From an uncultured virus (IMG/VR IMGVR_UViG_3300023198_000928) (lineage: Duplodnaviria; Heunggongvirae; Uroviricota; Caudoviricetes), in the IMG/VR virus record IMGVR_UViG_3300023198_000928: DNA of 64,000 nucleotides. One strand, written 5' to 3'. Below are positions 1-9,628 of this stretch, in pieces. Position 1 is the stretch's first letter; each line of letters opens with the position of its first letter. Position numbers and translations under genes: made by a program. The notes beneath the pieces were generated by a model that was not told the DNA's origin, made no database searches, and saw nothing but the letters and a program-made list of their open reading frames with translations.

Positions 1-2593
1 ATGTATCTAGATTAACTCCACCTTCCTCTATAGGCTTAGTCAGATAATCTCCGAACCCTGACCAAAAATTAGACCACCAATCACCTTGCCCTTTAGCAGT
101 TCCTGTCTGAGCTTTTATAACCCTTCCAGAATTATTATAATATAAAGGACCATTAACAAATCTTCCTCCATCACGTTTCTTTTCATTTCTAGGTTTAAGA
201 TTTACTGTTTTAGCACGTGCTTCTTTAGTTCTCATACCTTTTAAAGATCTTCTCAATTCAGTAATAGTAAACTCTTCCATCTGCTCTTTAGTAAACTTTC
301 TTCTCTTAAACTCAGCAATTACTTCTTTCTCAGTCATATCATAGTCATACTTACTACCACGAATTACATCTGTAGTAAGAGCTGCTTTAATCATTGCTCT
401 ACCAGCTCTACCATTTCTAGGAGCTATAAATTCAGTAACAGATCCTGCCTTTCTAACCAAGCCTGCTGTAGCATCTTTTCCTTTTTTGGCTGATCCTTTT
501 AATTTACCTAATCCTTTCTTTATCAAAGATTTTGATTTAGGTACTAACTTTTTACTTTTCTTAGTTTCTGTTTTAATACTAGTCTCTAATTTTTCAAGAG
601 CTTTCTTTTGAGTTTTAGTAGCTACCCCAGCTTCATTATTAGCTGTTTTTGGTTGAGCTTTTATTTGATTTTCTAAATCTTTTTTATTCTTTTTAAATCC
701 TGCTATCTTCTTTTCACTCTCTGATTTCTTAGCTTTTAATTTAGGAGCAGCTTTAGGAGCCTTTACAGCACCTTTACCTAATCCTTTTTTTATTACTCTT
801 TTTCCACCTATAGCACCATGAACTTCTCTAACCTGTTTTTTCTCAGTCTTAAGAATTTTCTTTCTTTTAGCCGTAGTTTCTGCTATTCTACTTTTTCTTT
901 TAGCAATAAGTTTAGACGCTCTTTCTCTTTTTAAAAGACCTTCATCTGTTGATTGTTTTTTAGTTATTGCTTTTTTCCTTTTAATATTATCAGCTTTAAT
1001 TTTATCCCTAGTTGTATCATAAGTATCCTCTACTTTCTTAATTTTTGCTTTAGTTTGTTTTTTTAAATTTTTAAGATCTTCCTGTTTAAAAATATTTTGC
1101 TGTTTAGGATCATATCCTTTTGGCTTACGACCAGGTTTAGGGGCATATTTTTTATTTATAGCAGCTAATCCTTTCTTATGTTCAGCTCCCACTTTTTGTC
1201 TATTGCCTTTCTTAGCAACTAAAGCAGTTTTATATTCTCCAGTCCTTTTTTTATTAGATGCGGCAATATTTTTCTTAGCATCAGTACCTATCTTTTTATA
1301 CCCGGCAGTCCCTTCAAGTTGTTTTTTATGAGCAATCAACGAAGTTTCCCTCTTTTTCACATCCTTCTTAACCACAGGAGCTTTAGTGGTAGCTTTTGTT
1401 TTCTTTAAAGTAAGGGCATCTCTTTTTCTAGTACCTCTACCTGACATAACACCAATCAATGATTGAGTAAGCATTGCAGCTGTTCTATATTCATCAAGTC
1501 CCCAATCTTCTTTACTAAAAAGTTTTTGCCATTCTGCTCTAGCTGTTGCATCTATCATACCGCCTAACATAGCAATATTTACAGCTTTTCTTATCATTTT
1601 ACCCGTACCACTAGCTTTACTGAATTTTCCAGCAAGACTTACAGGAGCTAAAGCAAATACTTCTACAGCCTCTAATCCAAGGCGTACTCCAACATTTTTT
1701 ATTATATCACCTGTAGATGCTCCAGCATGATAATCACCGGCCGCTCCAAATGCAGTAGCCATTAATCCTCCTCCAATATTTACAGCTGCTCCAGGAATTG
1801 CTCCAATACCGGTAGCCTTTGCTCCCATTGCAGCAAAAGAAGATAATAAATCCGTACCTAATTCAGCTAAATGATAACTATTTGCAGTAGTCCATTCAGG
1901 AATATCCTCAGGAACCATATTATCTTTTATCTCTTGTACCTGTTCATCCGTAGCTCCATCATCAATAAGTTTGGAACCTTTATCATTTCCTTCTTTTTCT
2001 TTCTCAGACTCAGGAGATTTATTAAACATATCCAATAATTCTCTAACTTCTTGGATGGCATTAACAGCATATACTTTTTTACCATTTTCAGTACTCTCAA
2101 TCCAATATCTTTCAGATCCGGCCGCCTTCATAATGGTAAGACCCTTGCCTTGAATTTTTTCTACTGCCTGCAATGCTCTTCCAAGCTGAATTCGTCTATC
2201 TTCAGAGATGCCTGTTAAATTAGCAATTCCATGTCTCATCTGCTGAGTATTCATAGTAACAGCTTCCTTATTTTCAGGAACAGCTCCAGCTCCACCTAGT
2301 ACATGCAGAGCCTGACTATTCTTTACATTTTGTATAGCATCATGTAAAATAAGGTTATAAGAATTTTGGAGTTGATCTATTTCAGCATTCTTCTCTGGGG
2401 AAAATTGTGAACGAGATACATTAGGTGAATGAGCAACCTGTAGAAACTTCTCCATTGCACCAATAGGCTCTGGTTTATCTTCGATCGTACTAACACCGGT
2501 AGAGCTATTAGCTAATACATCTTTAGACTGTTCTTCTAAGTGTTTATTAGAATCCTCAGTAGTTTTATTTGGAGTTGTTACTATTTGTGCCAT
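1..2593 (-). CDS. large virion cargo/ejection-type protein, N-terminal part (runs off left edge; missing from ORF track)
   Basis: ATG at 2593 (MAQIVTTPNKTTEDSNKHLEEQ); same frame is open where I translated it near the edge (RNEKKRDGGRFVNG...IKAQTG); Gly/Ala hydrophobic segment ~1600-1850 and long Lys-rich region; crAss-like phages place large cargo/vRNAP genes after the tail module. Confidence 0.7.
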   Translation of the reverse strand, partial: MAQIVTTPNKTTEDSNKHLEEQSKDVLANSSTGVSTIEDKPEPIGAMEKFLQVAHSPNVSRSQFSPEKNAEIDQLQNSYNLILHDAIQNVKNSQALHVLGGAGAVPENKEAVTMNTQQMRHGIANLTGISEDRRIQLGRALQAVEKIQGKGLTIMKAAGSERYWIESTENGKKVYAVNAIQEVRELLDMFNKSPESEKEKEGNDKGSKLIDDGATDEQVQEIKDNMVPEDIPEWTTANSYHLAELGTDLLSSFAAMGAKATGIGAIPGAAVNIGGGLMATAFGAAGDYHAGASTGDIIKNVGVRLGLEAVEVFALAPVSLAGKFSKASGTGKMIRKAVNIAMLGGMIDATARAEWQKLFSKEDWGLDEYRTAAMLTQSLIGVMSGRGTRKRDALTLKKTKATTKAPVVKKDVKKRETSLIAHKKQLEGTAGYKKIGTDAKKNIAASNKKRTGEYKTALVAKKGNRQKVGAEHKKGLAAINKKYAPKPGRKPKGYDPKQQNIFKQEDLKNLKKQTKAKIKKVEDTYDTTRDKIKADNIKRKKAITKKQSTDEGLLKRERASKLIAKRKSRIAETTAKRKKILKTEKKQVREVHGAIGGKRVIKKGLGKGAVKAPKAAPKLKAKKSESEKKIAGFKKNKKDLENQIKAQPKTANNEAGVATKTQKKALEKLETSIKTETKKSKKLVPKSKSLIKKGLGKLKGSAKKGKDATAGLVRKAGSVTEFIAPRNGRAGRAMIKAALTTDVIRGSKYDYDMTEKEVIAEFKRRKFTKEQMEEFTITELRRSLKGMRTKEARAKTVNLKPRNEKKRDGGRFVNGPLYYNNSGRVIKAQTGTAKGQGDWWSNFWSGFGDYLTKPIEEGGVNLDT

Positions 2594-2632
2594 AATCGTT
2601 TATATTAAATTTATTCTATCCCGTAAGTCAAT

Positions 2633-2664
2633 AAGCCCCTGCCTCAATATATAAGGAGGGGACT
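2633..2664 (-). terminator. GC-rich hairpin, weak terminator or attenuator
   Basis: CCCCT-G-CCT...AGG-AGGGG inverted repeat in intergenic gap; poor U-tract. Confidence 0.4.
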
Positions 2665-2686
2665 GGTATATCATTGTGGTAAAGTA

Positions 2687-3001
2687 TTAAACTCTGTTTC
2701 CTACGAAAATACCACCCTTTCTAAATACAGGTTCTCCTTCAGCAGGTGCTGGTGCTGCTTCTCCTCCGCCTCCTTGCGCTGCTTGTACTTCCTGCATAAT
2801 CATAGGTGCTAACATTTGACCTAATTGAGCCGCTGCTTCCATATCTCCAGATACAGTAGCTTGAGCTAGAGCCATAATTTGTTCTTCTTGACCTCCACCA
2901 CCTTGTTCAGGACCTGCTGCTGCTGGATCTACTGGTGCTGGTGCTACTCCACCTTCTTGGAATTTACGGTGCTTAGTTCCGTATTTCTTTAAGTAACTCA
3001 T
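2687..3001 (-). CDS. small Ala/Gly/Gln-rich putative internal virion protein
   Basis: 104 aa ORF with N-terminal KFQEGG and C-terminal FRKGG tags; own AGTATTATA motif upstream. Confidence 0.7.
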   Translation of the reverse strand: MSYLKKYGTKHRKFQEGGVAPAPVDPAAAGPEQGGGGQEEQIMALAQATVSGDMEAAAQLGQMLAPMIMQEVQAAQGGGGEAAPAPAEGEPVFRKGGIFVGNRV

Positions 3002-3058
3002 AATTATTTCTTTTATAATGATTATTAATGATTTCTATTAAGGTAACTATTCTATGTG

Positions 3059-3067
3059 TATAATACT
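3059..3067 (-). promoter_or_regulatory. putative late promoter motif AGTATTATA
   Basis: exact copy in intergenic gap ~58 nt upstream of ATG 3001. Confidence 0.6.
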
Positions 3068-3094
3068 TCTTTTTATTTAAAAAATACTACTCCG

Positions 3095-4162
3095 CTAGTT
3101 AGAAACGTATAATTCAGGGTTATTTTTCTCATAATCTTTCGATAAAGTACCATCAGAATTCACAGATGACACCATAAATTTAATATGTCCTGTATTTCCC
3201 TGTCTAGCTCCAGTACCTGATCCTGTCCAGTCATAATAGGATTGTCCCTCAGGCATATCAAATAAAGCTTGACCCCTTTTTACAGAAGTTCCAACTAATT
3301 TATCTTTTATATTCATGATAGATTTATCAAGATGAGCATAAGTACCTACTTTACCATCAGGCATTAATATACGCATATAAGCCCCACCTGATCTACCCTC
3401 TGACGGTAACATCTGACTACCATCTCCTTGCATCCCTACTTCAATTATTTTACCATGAGTTAGAGATATCGGCATATTAGTTCTATTACCCATATCGTCG
3501 AATCCCACTAAATCAATTCCTCTGGAATGCTCACCTTCTCTTCCGGGCACTGTATTAGCACCTGACCTGATTCCAAAAGTATTTGTAATTTTATATGAAT
3601 ATTTTCCTACGTTAACATGTTGACCAATACTTAATTTCTTTATAGTTTTATCAACTGTAGAATCCTCATCAGTTTTTTCTTTTTCTTCTGTATCAGTCTT
3701 AGTTGATGTTTCAGGCAATATCGCATCTATAGGATTATATGCAAATTGTTGACCCTCTTCCGTGGTTTCTTCCGGGGTAGTGGATTGAGGTTTCTGGCCT
3801 TGTGATTGTCTTTTAGCTAATGAACTTATAGCATTCTTTAATGATTCACTTACCTCTAATGAATGTTTTCTACCTGCACTTATCTGTTCTTGTAGAGCAC
3901 TTATAGTTTTACTACTACTTTTATTACTATCAGACAAAGCTTTCTCATATTGTTGACGTTGCTGATCCATCTTACCCAGTAATTCTTCTCTATACTGTGC
4001 ACTTTTATCTTCAGGAGCTTCTTGCTTTTGCTCAGCAGGCTGTCGCCCAGGAAAAAATGATGCAGATAAATTAGATATTACAGAAGACAGCTTAAAATCT
4101 TTTTGTCTATTATAAGCTATTTTCCTTTTTAAATTTCCATATCTAGTTGTTTTCCTAGCCAT
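3095..4162 (-). CDS. coiled-coil plus M23/LytM peptidase-fold protein, probably catalytically degenerate
   Basis: FGIR..HSRGID, YAHL, VGTSVKRGQ; HxH motif replaced by HIK. Confidence 0.75.
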   Translation of the reverse strand: MARKTTRYGNLKRKIAYNRQKDFKLSSVISNLSASFFPGRQPAEQKQEAPEDKSAQYREELLGKMDQQRQQYEKALSDSNKSSSKTISALQEQISAGRKHSLEVSESLKNAISSLAKRQSQGQKPQSTTPEETTEEGQQFAYNPIDAILPETSTKTDTEEKEKTDEDSTVDKTIKKLSIGQHVNVGKYSYKITNTFGIRSGANTVPGREGEHSRGIDLVGFDDMGNRTNMPISLTHGKIIEVGMQGDGSQMLPSEGRSGGAYMRILMPDGKVGTYAHLDKSIMNIKDKLVGTSVKRGQALFDMPEGQSYYDWTGSGTGARQGNTGHIKFMVSSVNSDGTLSKDYEKNNPELYVSN

Positions 4163-4887
4163 TATACATATTCAGGTGTTTGGTTATTTTGAGTATCAAT
4201 TATTTTTGCCATCAATTTACCAAGTTCTTCATCATCTGCTTCTCCTAAATCTATCTTCTTAGCAAGTGCTATTAATTTTTCTGTATGATCTATAGAAAAT
4301 ATACGTTCTCCTCCTTTAAGATTCATTAATACTTTTCCTGTATCATCTAAAACCTGTAAAGATCCTTCTTGTGCTTTTACCTGATCTTCATACATTTTAA
4401 AACTACCGCCAGTGCGTAATATATCTTTACCTCCAACTGTGATAGTAATTATAATGTTTTCAGATGATTTTTCATGATTTTCTTCCTCATATTTCTCATC
4501 TGTATTTTCTTTATTTTTTATAGCAATATTACATTCCTCAGCAAGTTCTCTTGTAAATTTAACTTTTTCCCTAGTTAATCCATCTCCTTCTCCTTCGCTA
4601 ACTTCCAATACAAATCTACAATCATTGCAGGTGGTTTGTATATCCCCTTTACGCATCGTTCTAACATCAATCACTTCTAAATTATCATTAATAAATATCA
4701 TATCTAAAGAATAATTCATCCCTATCATATTCATAGTAATATCTTGAGATTCTTTAAAATCAAAGAAAAGGCCTCTATTCGGAGCTAACCTTGGTTTTCC
4801 GGAGAGACCTTTCTTCATTTCTTCCTCCTCTGATATAACAGCAACTCTAAAAACGCTGTCTTTAATTTTGAGCGAATATAGTTTCAT
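4162..4887 (-). CDS. DUF192 (COG1430-like) domain protein with C-terminal cargo-type domain
   Basis: KGLSG..GLFFDF..M..MNYSLDMIFI..FVLEV matches DUF192 pattern; TAATG coupling to next gene. Confidence 0.75.
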   Translation of the reverse strand: MKLYSLKIKDSVFRVAVISEEEEMKKGLSGKPRLAPNRGLFFDFKESQDITMNMIGMNYSLDMIFINDNLEVIDVRTMRKGDIQTTCNDCRFVLEVSEGEGDGLTREKVKFTRELAEECNIAIKNKENTDEKYEEENHEKSSENIIITITVGGKDILRTGGSFKMYEDQVKAQEGSLQVLDDTGKVLMNLKGGERIFSIDHTEKLIALAKKIDLGEADDEELGKLMAKIIDTQNNQTPEYV

Positions 4888-6211
4888 CTTTCGGTGTATA
4901 TTTATTTAAATCATCGAACTTAGGTGTAAAAGAATGTGTGTTATTTAATATTTGCGTTTTTACGAATGAACCAAGATAATCAAAATCTCCTTTTTTAGCA
5001 AGATCTTCAACCTTTTTAGTGGCATCTAATGTAAATATCATTTCATCTTTTTCAATCTCATATTTCTTTTCACATGAATTATCTTTACATTTTACCACTG
5101 GCATTCCCTTATCCCCTAAATCATTAAACTCCTCATGTAGAACCCCATTAGGAATAATATTTTCCGTAGGTTTTATCGTGCCACCACGCTTAAACTTTTT
5201 TGGCGTTAACTCCGGAGGAGCTTGGTATTTAATACTATTTGGAGCATCACTTACTGAAAATGTTATAGGAGAAAATGACCCTCCTGTTTTTCTTGATCTA
5301 ACCCCATATCCAGAACTATATGGTCTTGGAGTTTGGGCTGTAGTTGTAGGAGCACTTGAGAGTAATCTATCTCTATTAAGTACTTCACTACGAGTAATAT
5401 TTTCAGCTACTGCTTTTTCTTTTGCAGTTTTTACTTTTAAATGACCTGCAGCTTCTTTCTTCTTCTTTTTATTTTTAATTAATCCTGTTATAAGACCTAC
5501 TGCTGCTCCTATACCTATTGAAATAGGATTAAACCCTGCAGCCGCTCCTGCCGCCGCTCCACTAAGAATACTTCCTCCTATAGTACCAGCCTTTTCTTTT
5601 CCTGAATATTTATAATTCTTATTATCATCAATTCCTTGAAGCAGTCCTCCTGCCAATGATCCAGCTGCTCCGATACCTGCCGCCGCTCCACCAGAAAGTC
5701 CTGAAAAACCACCTGAAGGAGGTTTAATTCCAGCTACATTAGCTCTCTCAAGTCCTCTTACTCCAGCATCTTGAAGTGCATTTGGTGCAGCTACTGCTGA
5801 TGCTACATCTGGTGCTTTAATAGTTGGAGCAGTTTTACTCATACTACCGAAACTTGGCGCAGGAGCATTCTTAGTCATGAAATCTGTTTTAGGCGCATAT
5901 TTGTTAACAAAAGAACTAGTACCAGCTCCAGTACCTGATCCCATGTTATCAAACTGTTTAGAATAGCTAGGCACTGCACTAGTATTTAAAGCTTGGTTAG
6001 TTTTCTGATTACTGTCAAATTCCCCTAATCTAGCTTCTCTTGCTCTTCTTCTTCCTCCAAATAATCCATTGTTTGTTATATTATTGGAAATATTATTTGC
6101 ATAACCACCAAAGGATGTAGCAATAGTACCAGTAAGGTCATTAAATGTAGTTCCACCAGTTTGATACTTTCTGATTAAAGGCTTTTTATAAATTAATCCT
6201 ACTTTTTTCAT
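4862..6211 (-). CDS. putative ejection/cargo protein with glycine-zipper membrane segments
   Basis: GGAAAGIGAAGSLAGGLL and GAAAGAAAG..GIGAAVGLITGL followed by poly-K; KYQTGG, RKTGG, KFKRGG tags. Confidence 0.7.
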   Translation of the reverse strand: MKKVGLIYKKPLIRKYQTGGTTFNDLTGTIATSFGGYANNISNNITNNGLFGGRRRAREARLGEFDSNQKTNQALNTSAVPSYSKQFDNMGSGTGAGTSSFVNKYAPKTDFMTKNAPAPSFGSMSKTAPTIKAPDVASAVAAPNALQDAGVRGLERANVAGIKPPSGGFSGLSGGAAAGIGAAGSLAGGLLQGIDDNKNYKYSGKEKAGTIGGSILSGAAAGAAAGFNPISIGIGAAVGLITGLIKNKKKKKEAAGHLKVKTAKEKAVAENITRSEVLNRDRLLSSAPTTTAQTPRPYSSGYGVRSRKTGGSFSPITFSVSDAPNSIKYQAPPELTPKKFKRGGTIKPTENIIPNGVLHEEFNDLGDKGMPVVKCKDNSCEKKYEIEKDEMIFTLDATKKVEDLAKKGDFDYLGSFVKTQILNNTHSFTPKFDDLNKYTPKDETIFAQN

Positions 6212-6233
6212 AATTATCAGTTTAAATTATTTA

Positions 6234-6854
6234 TTAAGAGACTATACAATATACTACATTATTATCAATAGTACCTAGTCCGTTATATTCTGCTTGTGTT
6301 AAAGTTACTTGTCCTGTAATTTTAGGGCTCCCTTCAAAAATATCAGCATCATTAGTTATAATATTTGGAGATATCATCTGATCGCCAGTAATTACATCTG
6401 CTGTTACATTAGAAGTAGTGATATCACCTTTCTCAGTGACTTGTTGTAAAGTGAAAGCACTTTTAATAAGGTTCCCAGAGTATATAAATGCATCTGTTTG
6501 ATTATCAATAACTACTTCATATAAATCTAATTTAGTAATTGAATTAAAATCAGCTGATGAAATGATAGCATCTCCGTTCTTATATCCTAATAAAGAAGGG
6601 GTTTGACCTCCTGAATTTAAAAAAGCCTCCACATCTTCTTGTCCTCCATAATATACAGATCCTTTATCTATTACAGCAGATCCTCCTTCATTAGTACTAT
6701 AAGTTCTAGTAAAAGTTTTTGAATCCGCATCATACGCCACATATGCTAATCTATTTCCAGTACTCTGTTCAGTAAGTTCAAATAGATTTAAATTTTTGAA
6801 TTCTTGAATTTCTTCAAAAGATATCTTTTCTATATTTGCATTATCGTTATCCAT
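6234..6854 (-). CDS. short fibre/adaptor protein, paralog of N-terminal half of 6866..8272
   Basis: colinear similarity (NANIE.[IV]SFEEIQEFKNL.LF); ends in LTQAEYNGL..IDNNVVYCIV. Confidence 0.7.
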   Translation of the reverse strand: MDNDNANIEKISFEEIQEFKNLNLFELTEQSTGNRLAYVAYDADSKTFTRTYSTNEGGSAVIDKGSVYYGGQEDVEAFLNSGGQTPSLLGYKNGDAIISSADFNSITKLDLYEVVIDNQTDAFIYSGNLIKSAFTLQQVTEKGDITTSNVTADVITGDQMISPNIITNDADIFEGSPKITGQVTLTQAEYNGLGTIDNNVVYCIVS

Positions 6855-6865
6855 TTTATCTTATT

Positions 6866-8272
6866 TTATAAATCGTACTGACTGATAATTGAGTTGGTTT
6901 TCCCTATAGTATAAAGTCTATTTGTCGAAGATCTATACCACATATCTTTAATATCATGATTGAACGAATTAGTAACCGTACTTATACCAGCATATGATGA
7001 TGAAAGTAAGTTATAAGGCGCCATATTATATTTATGAACAATATCATTATCATTTACTATATAATAACTACTACCATCATCCGATAAAGCAAAAGCCTCT
7101 CCTACACCTACTTCCGATGTAAAGTTATATCCATCAATATGAATTTGAGTATTCATCTGATATGGAGTAGATACTGTAATTTCTACAATAGCTACATTAT
7201 TTGTTAATATATATAATTTAGTACCAGTATTATTCCATTTAATACCAGAAGACATATTCGCGAAATTTAGACTAGGATAAAATTCTCCATTATAATAAAG
7301 AGTACTAAGTAGATATGGGTCTCCAACCTCATAATATACTGATCTAATAGTAGCAGAATCCACCCTAACTATAACCATAAACTTTGTACCGTCACCATTA
7401 AAAGAAATTCCCTCTATAACATTACCATAATCTAATATCTCATTTCCGTATACAAACCCATCCCAACTAGGAGATAAATTTGGAGCGGACACATCCCATA
7501 CATTCCCAGACATATTTCCTTGATGAAAAATTCCATGTTCCATATCTGCATAATATACATAAGAACCACTAGGATCAAAAGTAAAAGGACCAGGATTATT
7601 AGTATATGTTGGAGCTAAAGATGTAAATCCATATACAGCTATATCAGGAACTTCTTCAGCTGTTACATAGTAAATTGTATTGGCATCTGGAGTAATTCCA
7701 TCATACTCTGTTTGTGTAAGAGTAACATTACTTGTTATTTTCGGTGCGGATACAAAAGTGTCAGCATCGTTGGTAATTAGATTAGGAGCTACCATTTGAG
7801 AACCGGTAACTATTGCCCCTGTCATATTTGTAGTAGTAACATTTCCCTCATCTGTAACTTCTTGTAATGTAGGTACAGAACCAGCAAGATTTCCAGAAAA
7901 TACGAATTCATCTGAAGGGCCATCAATAACCACCTCATATAAATCATATTTATTAACAGTACCTGCTACATCTGATGCAAGTATAGCGTCTCCATTTTTA
8001 TAATTAAGAACAGATGGAGCAGATCCTCCTGAGTTCAAAAAAGCATCAATAGCTACTTGTTCTCCGAAATATACAAACCCTTTATCTGTTGTTGCAGTCT
8101 CATCTGCCTCAGTTCCATATGATTGTACAAATGTTTTAGTATTTGCATCATATCCCAAATATACTAATCTATTCCCTGTACCTTCCCAAGTAAGATTAAA
8201 TAAATCCAGATTTTTGAACTCTTGAATCTCTTCAAAAGATACTCTCTCTATGTTTGCGTTATCGTCGCTCAT
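6866..8272 (-). CDS. fibre/adaptor protein with C-terminal beta-propeller-like domain
   Basis: shared N-terminal domain, then repeats FNGDGTKF, WNNTGTKLY, LSDDGSSYY. Confidence 0.7.
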   Translation of the reverse strand: MSDDNANIERVSFEEIQEFKNLDLFNLTWEGTGNRLVYLGYDANTKTFVQSYGTEADETATTDKGFVYFGEQVAIDAFLNSGGSAPSVLNYKNGDAILASDVAGTVNKYDLYEVVIDGPSDEFVFSGNLAGSVPTLQEVTDEGNVTTTNMTGAIVTGSQMVAPNLITNDADTFVSAPKITSNVTLTQTEYDGITPDANTIYYVTAEEVPDIAVYGFTSLAPTYTNNPGPFTFDPSGSYVYYADMEHGIFHQGNMSGNVWDVSAPNLSPSWDGFVYGNEILDYGNVIEGISFNGDGTKFMVIVRVDSATIRSVYYEVGDPYLLSTLYYNGEFYPSLNFANMSSGIKWNNTGTKLYILTNNVAIVEITVSTPYQMNTQIHIDGYNFTSEVGVGEAFALSDDGSSYYIVNDNDIVHKYNMAPYNLLSSSYAGISTVTNSFNHDIKDMWYRSSTNRLYTIGKTNSIISQYDL

Positions 8273-8296
8273 CTTATTCTATTTTATCGTTACTAA

Positions 8297-8305
8297 TATA
8301 ATACT
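8297..8305 (-). promoter_or_regulatory. putative late promoter motif AGTATTATA
   Basis: exact copy 25 nt upstream of ATG 8272. Confidence 0.65.
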
Positions 8306-8349
8306 AAAAATTTTCTTTAAAATCACGCTATGTTATTAATTAGGTGTCT

Positions 8350-9618
8350 CTATATCATATTTATCTCGTTATCTACCTTTGAAAATAGATGAATATTGGC
8401 ACTTGCACTACTTGACCAAACAGATGATGCCTCAGATACTTTAGTCTGAGATATACTACCTGTAGCACCAGATCCATTAGCAAAATTACCAGGAGTATTA
8501 ACAACCATTGTTTTAATTGTATTACCTGTAGCATCAGCAAAATATAATAAACTCTCAGCTTCATTAATTCCTCCACCAGTGATATTTAAACCAGAAGTAA
8601 ATGGTCCATAAGATATAGTATTATTAGCTACTGATGTAGTTAAATCCCATGCCTGACTTAAATATACTTGAAGAAACTGTCTGGTACTTGTATCCATAGT
8701 ATACCAAGATAAACCATTTCCTGCCCAAGTAAATCCTTGATAATTAGTGGAAGGAGTGAAATTAGTTAATATTTGAGGAGGGTACTGTGCGGTACCGACA
8801 TCCCACTGAAGTCCTAAAGTAAAAATCAGCATACGATTAGTGGGCACGTTGGTCCAGGCATACATTTTATAACCAGTACCATCAATATCTAATGACTTTA
8901 TACTTGATGCCCAACTTCCAAAAGAAAGATAATCCCAAAATGGAAAGCTAGTTGAAGCGATAGTACTCCAGCTCACATATATTTCTCCATTATAAATAAT
9001 TCTTTGTTCATTATCAACCCAATAATAATAAGGAGCGCCAGTCCATCCGGCTCTAACAAAGGAAAAATCCCATGAATTAACGCCATTTGGTTGATATCTA
9101 TCAATTAAAAATACTCCATCAGTAACTCTAGCACTGATTACACTAGTTTGAGCACTTTCATTTCCATTTCCATCATAAGCGGAAACAGACCAATTATTAT
9201 AATCATATATAGTTTCTCCTAAAATTCTTTCAGAAGTAGAGGTAGAAAAAGTATCAACATAGAAACCTCCATTTTTATATATCTTATAACCTGTTACTGC
9301 TATATTATCAGTAGAAGCTGCCCAATAAAGAGTAAAACTCGTTTCGCTATATTGCTCATAATAAAAACTAGACGGAACCGATGGCGCTTCTTCATCTATT
9401 ATAACTATTGTCTGATTTGTACAGTCAGGAGTATCACTCACTACATAAAAAGTATCAAGAGCTTCATCTACTACGAATTCAACACTAGCCTCTAATGCAG
9501 CCTGTGTAACTCCAGTCAATATTAGATTAGGAGCGGATACAGCTGTATGATAAATATTATAGTTGCCCGTAGATCCTCCGATATTTGTCTTTGTTAATGT
9601 TACTGTCTTATTTGCCAT
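8350..9618 (-). CDS. FN3 plus beta-propeller-like virion adhesin
   Basis: DEEAPSVP..LYWAASTDNIAVTGYKIY..VSAYDGNGNES (FN3); QWDVGTA and AWDLTTS propeller repeats. Confidence 0.75.
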   Translation of the reverse strand: MANKTVTLTKTNIGGSTGNYNIYHTAVSAPNLILTGVTQAALEASVEFVVDEALDTFYVVSDTPDCTNQTIVIIDEEAPSVPSSFYYEQYSETSFTLYWAASTDNIAVTGYKIYKNGGFYVDTFSTSTSERILGETIYDYNNWSVSAYDGNGNESAQTSVISARVTDGVFLIDRYQPNGVNSWDFSFVRAGWTGAPYYYWVDNEQRIIYNGEIYVSWSTIASTSFPFWDYLSFGSWASSIKSLDIDGTGYKMYAWTNVPTNRMLIFTLGLQWDVGTAQYPPQILTNFTPSTNYQGFTWAGNGLSWYTMDTSTRQFLQVYLSQAWDLTTSVANNTISYGPFTSGLNITGGGINEAESLLYFADATGNTIKTMVVNTPGNFANGSGATGSISQTKVSEASSVWSSSASANIHLFSKVDNEINMI

Positions 9619-9628
9619 ATTTTATATT

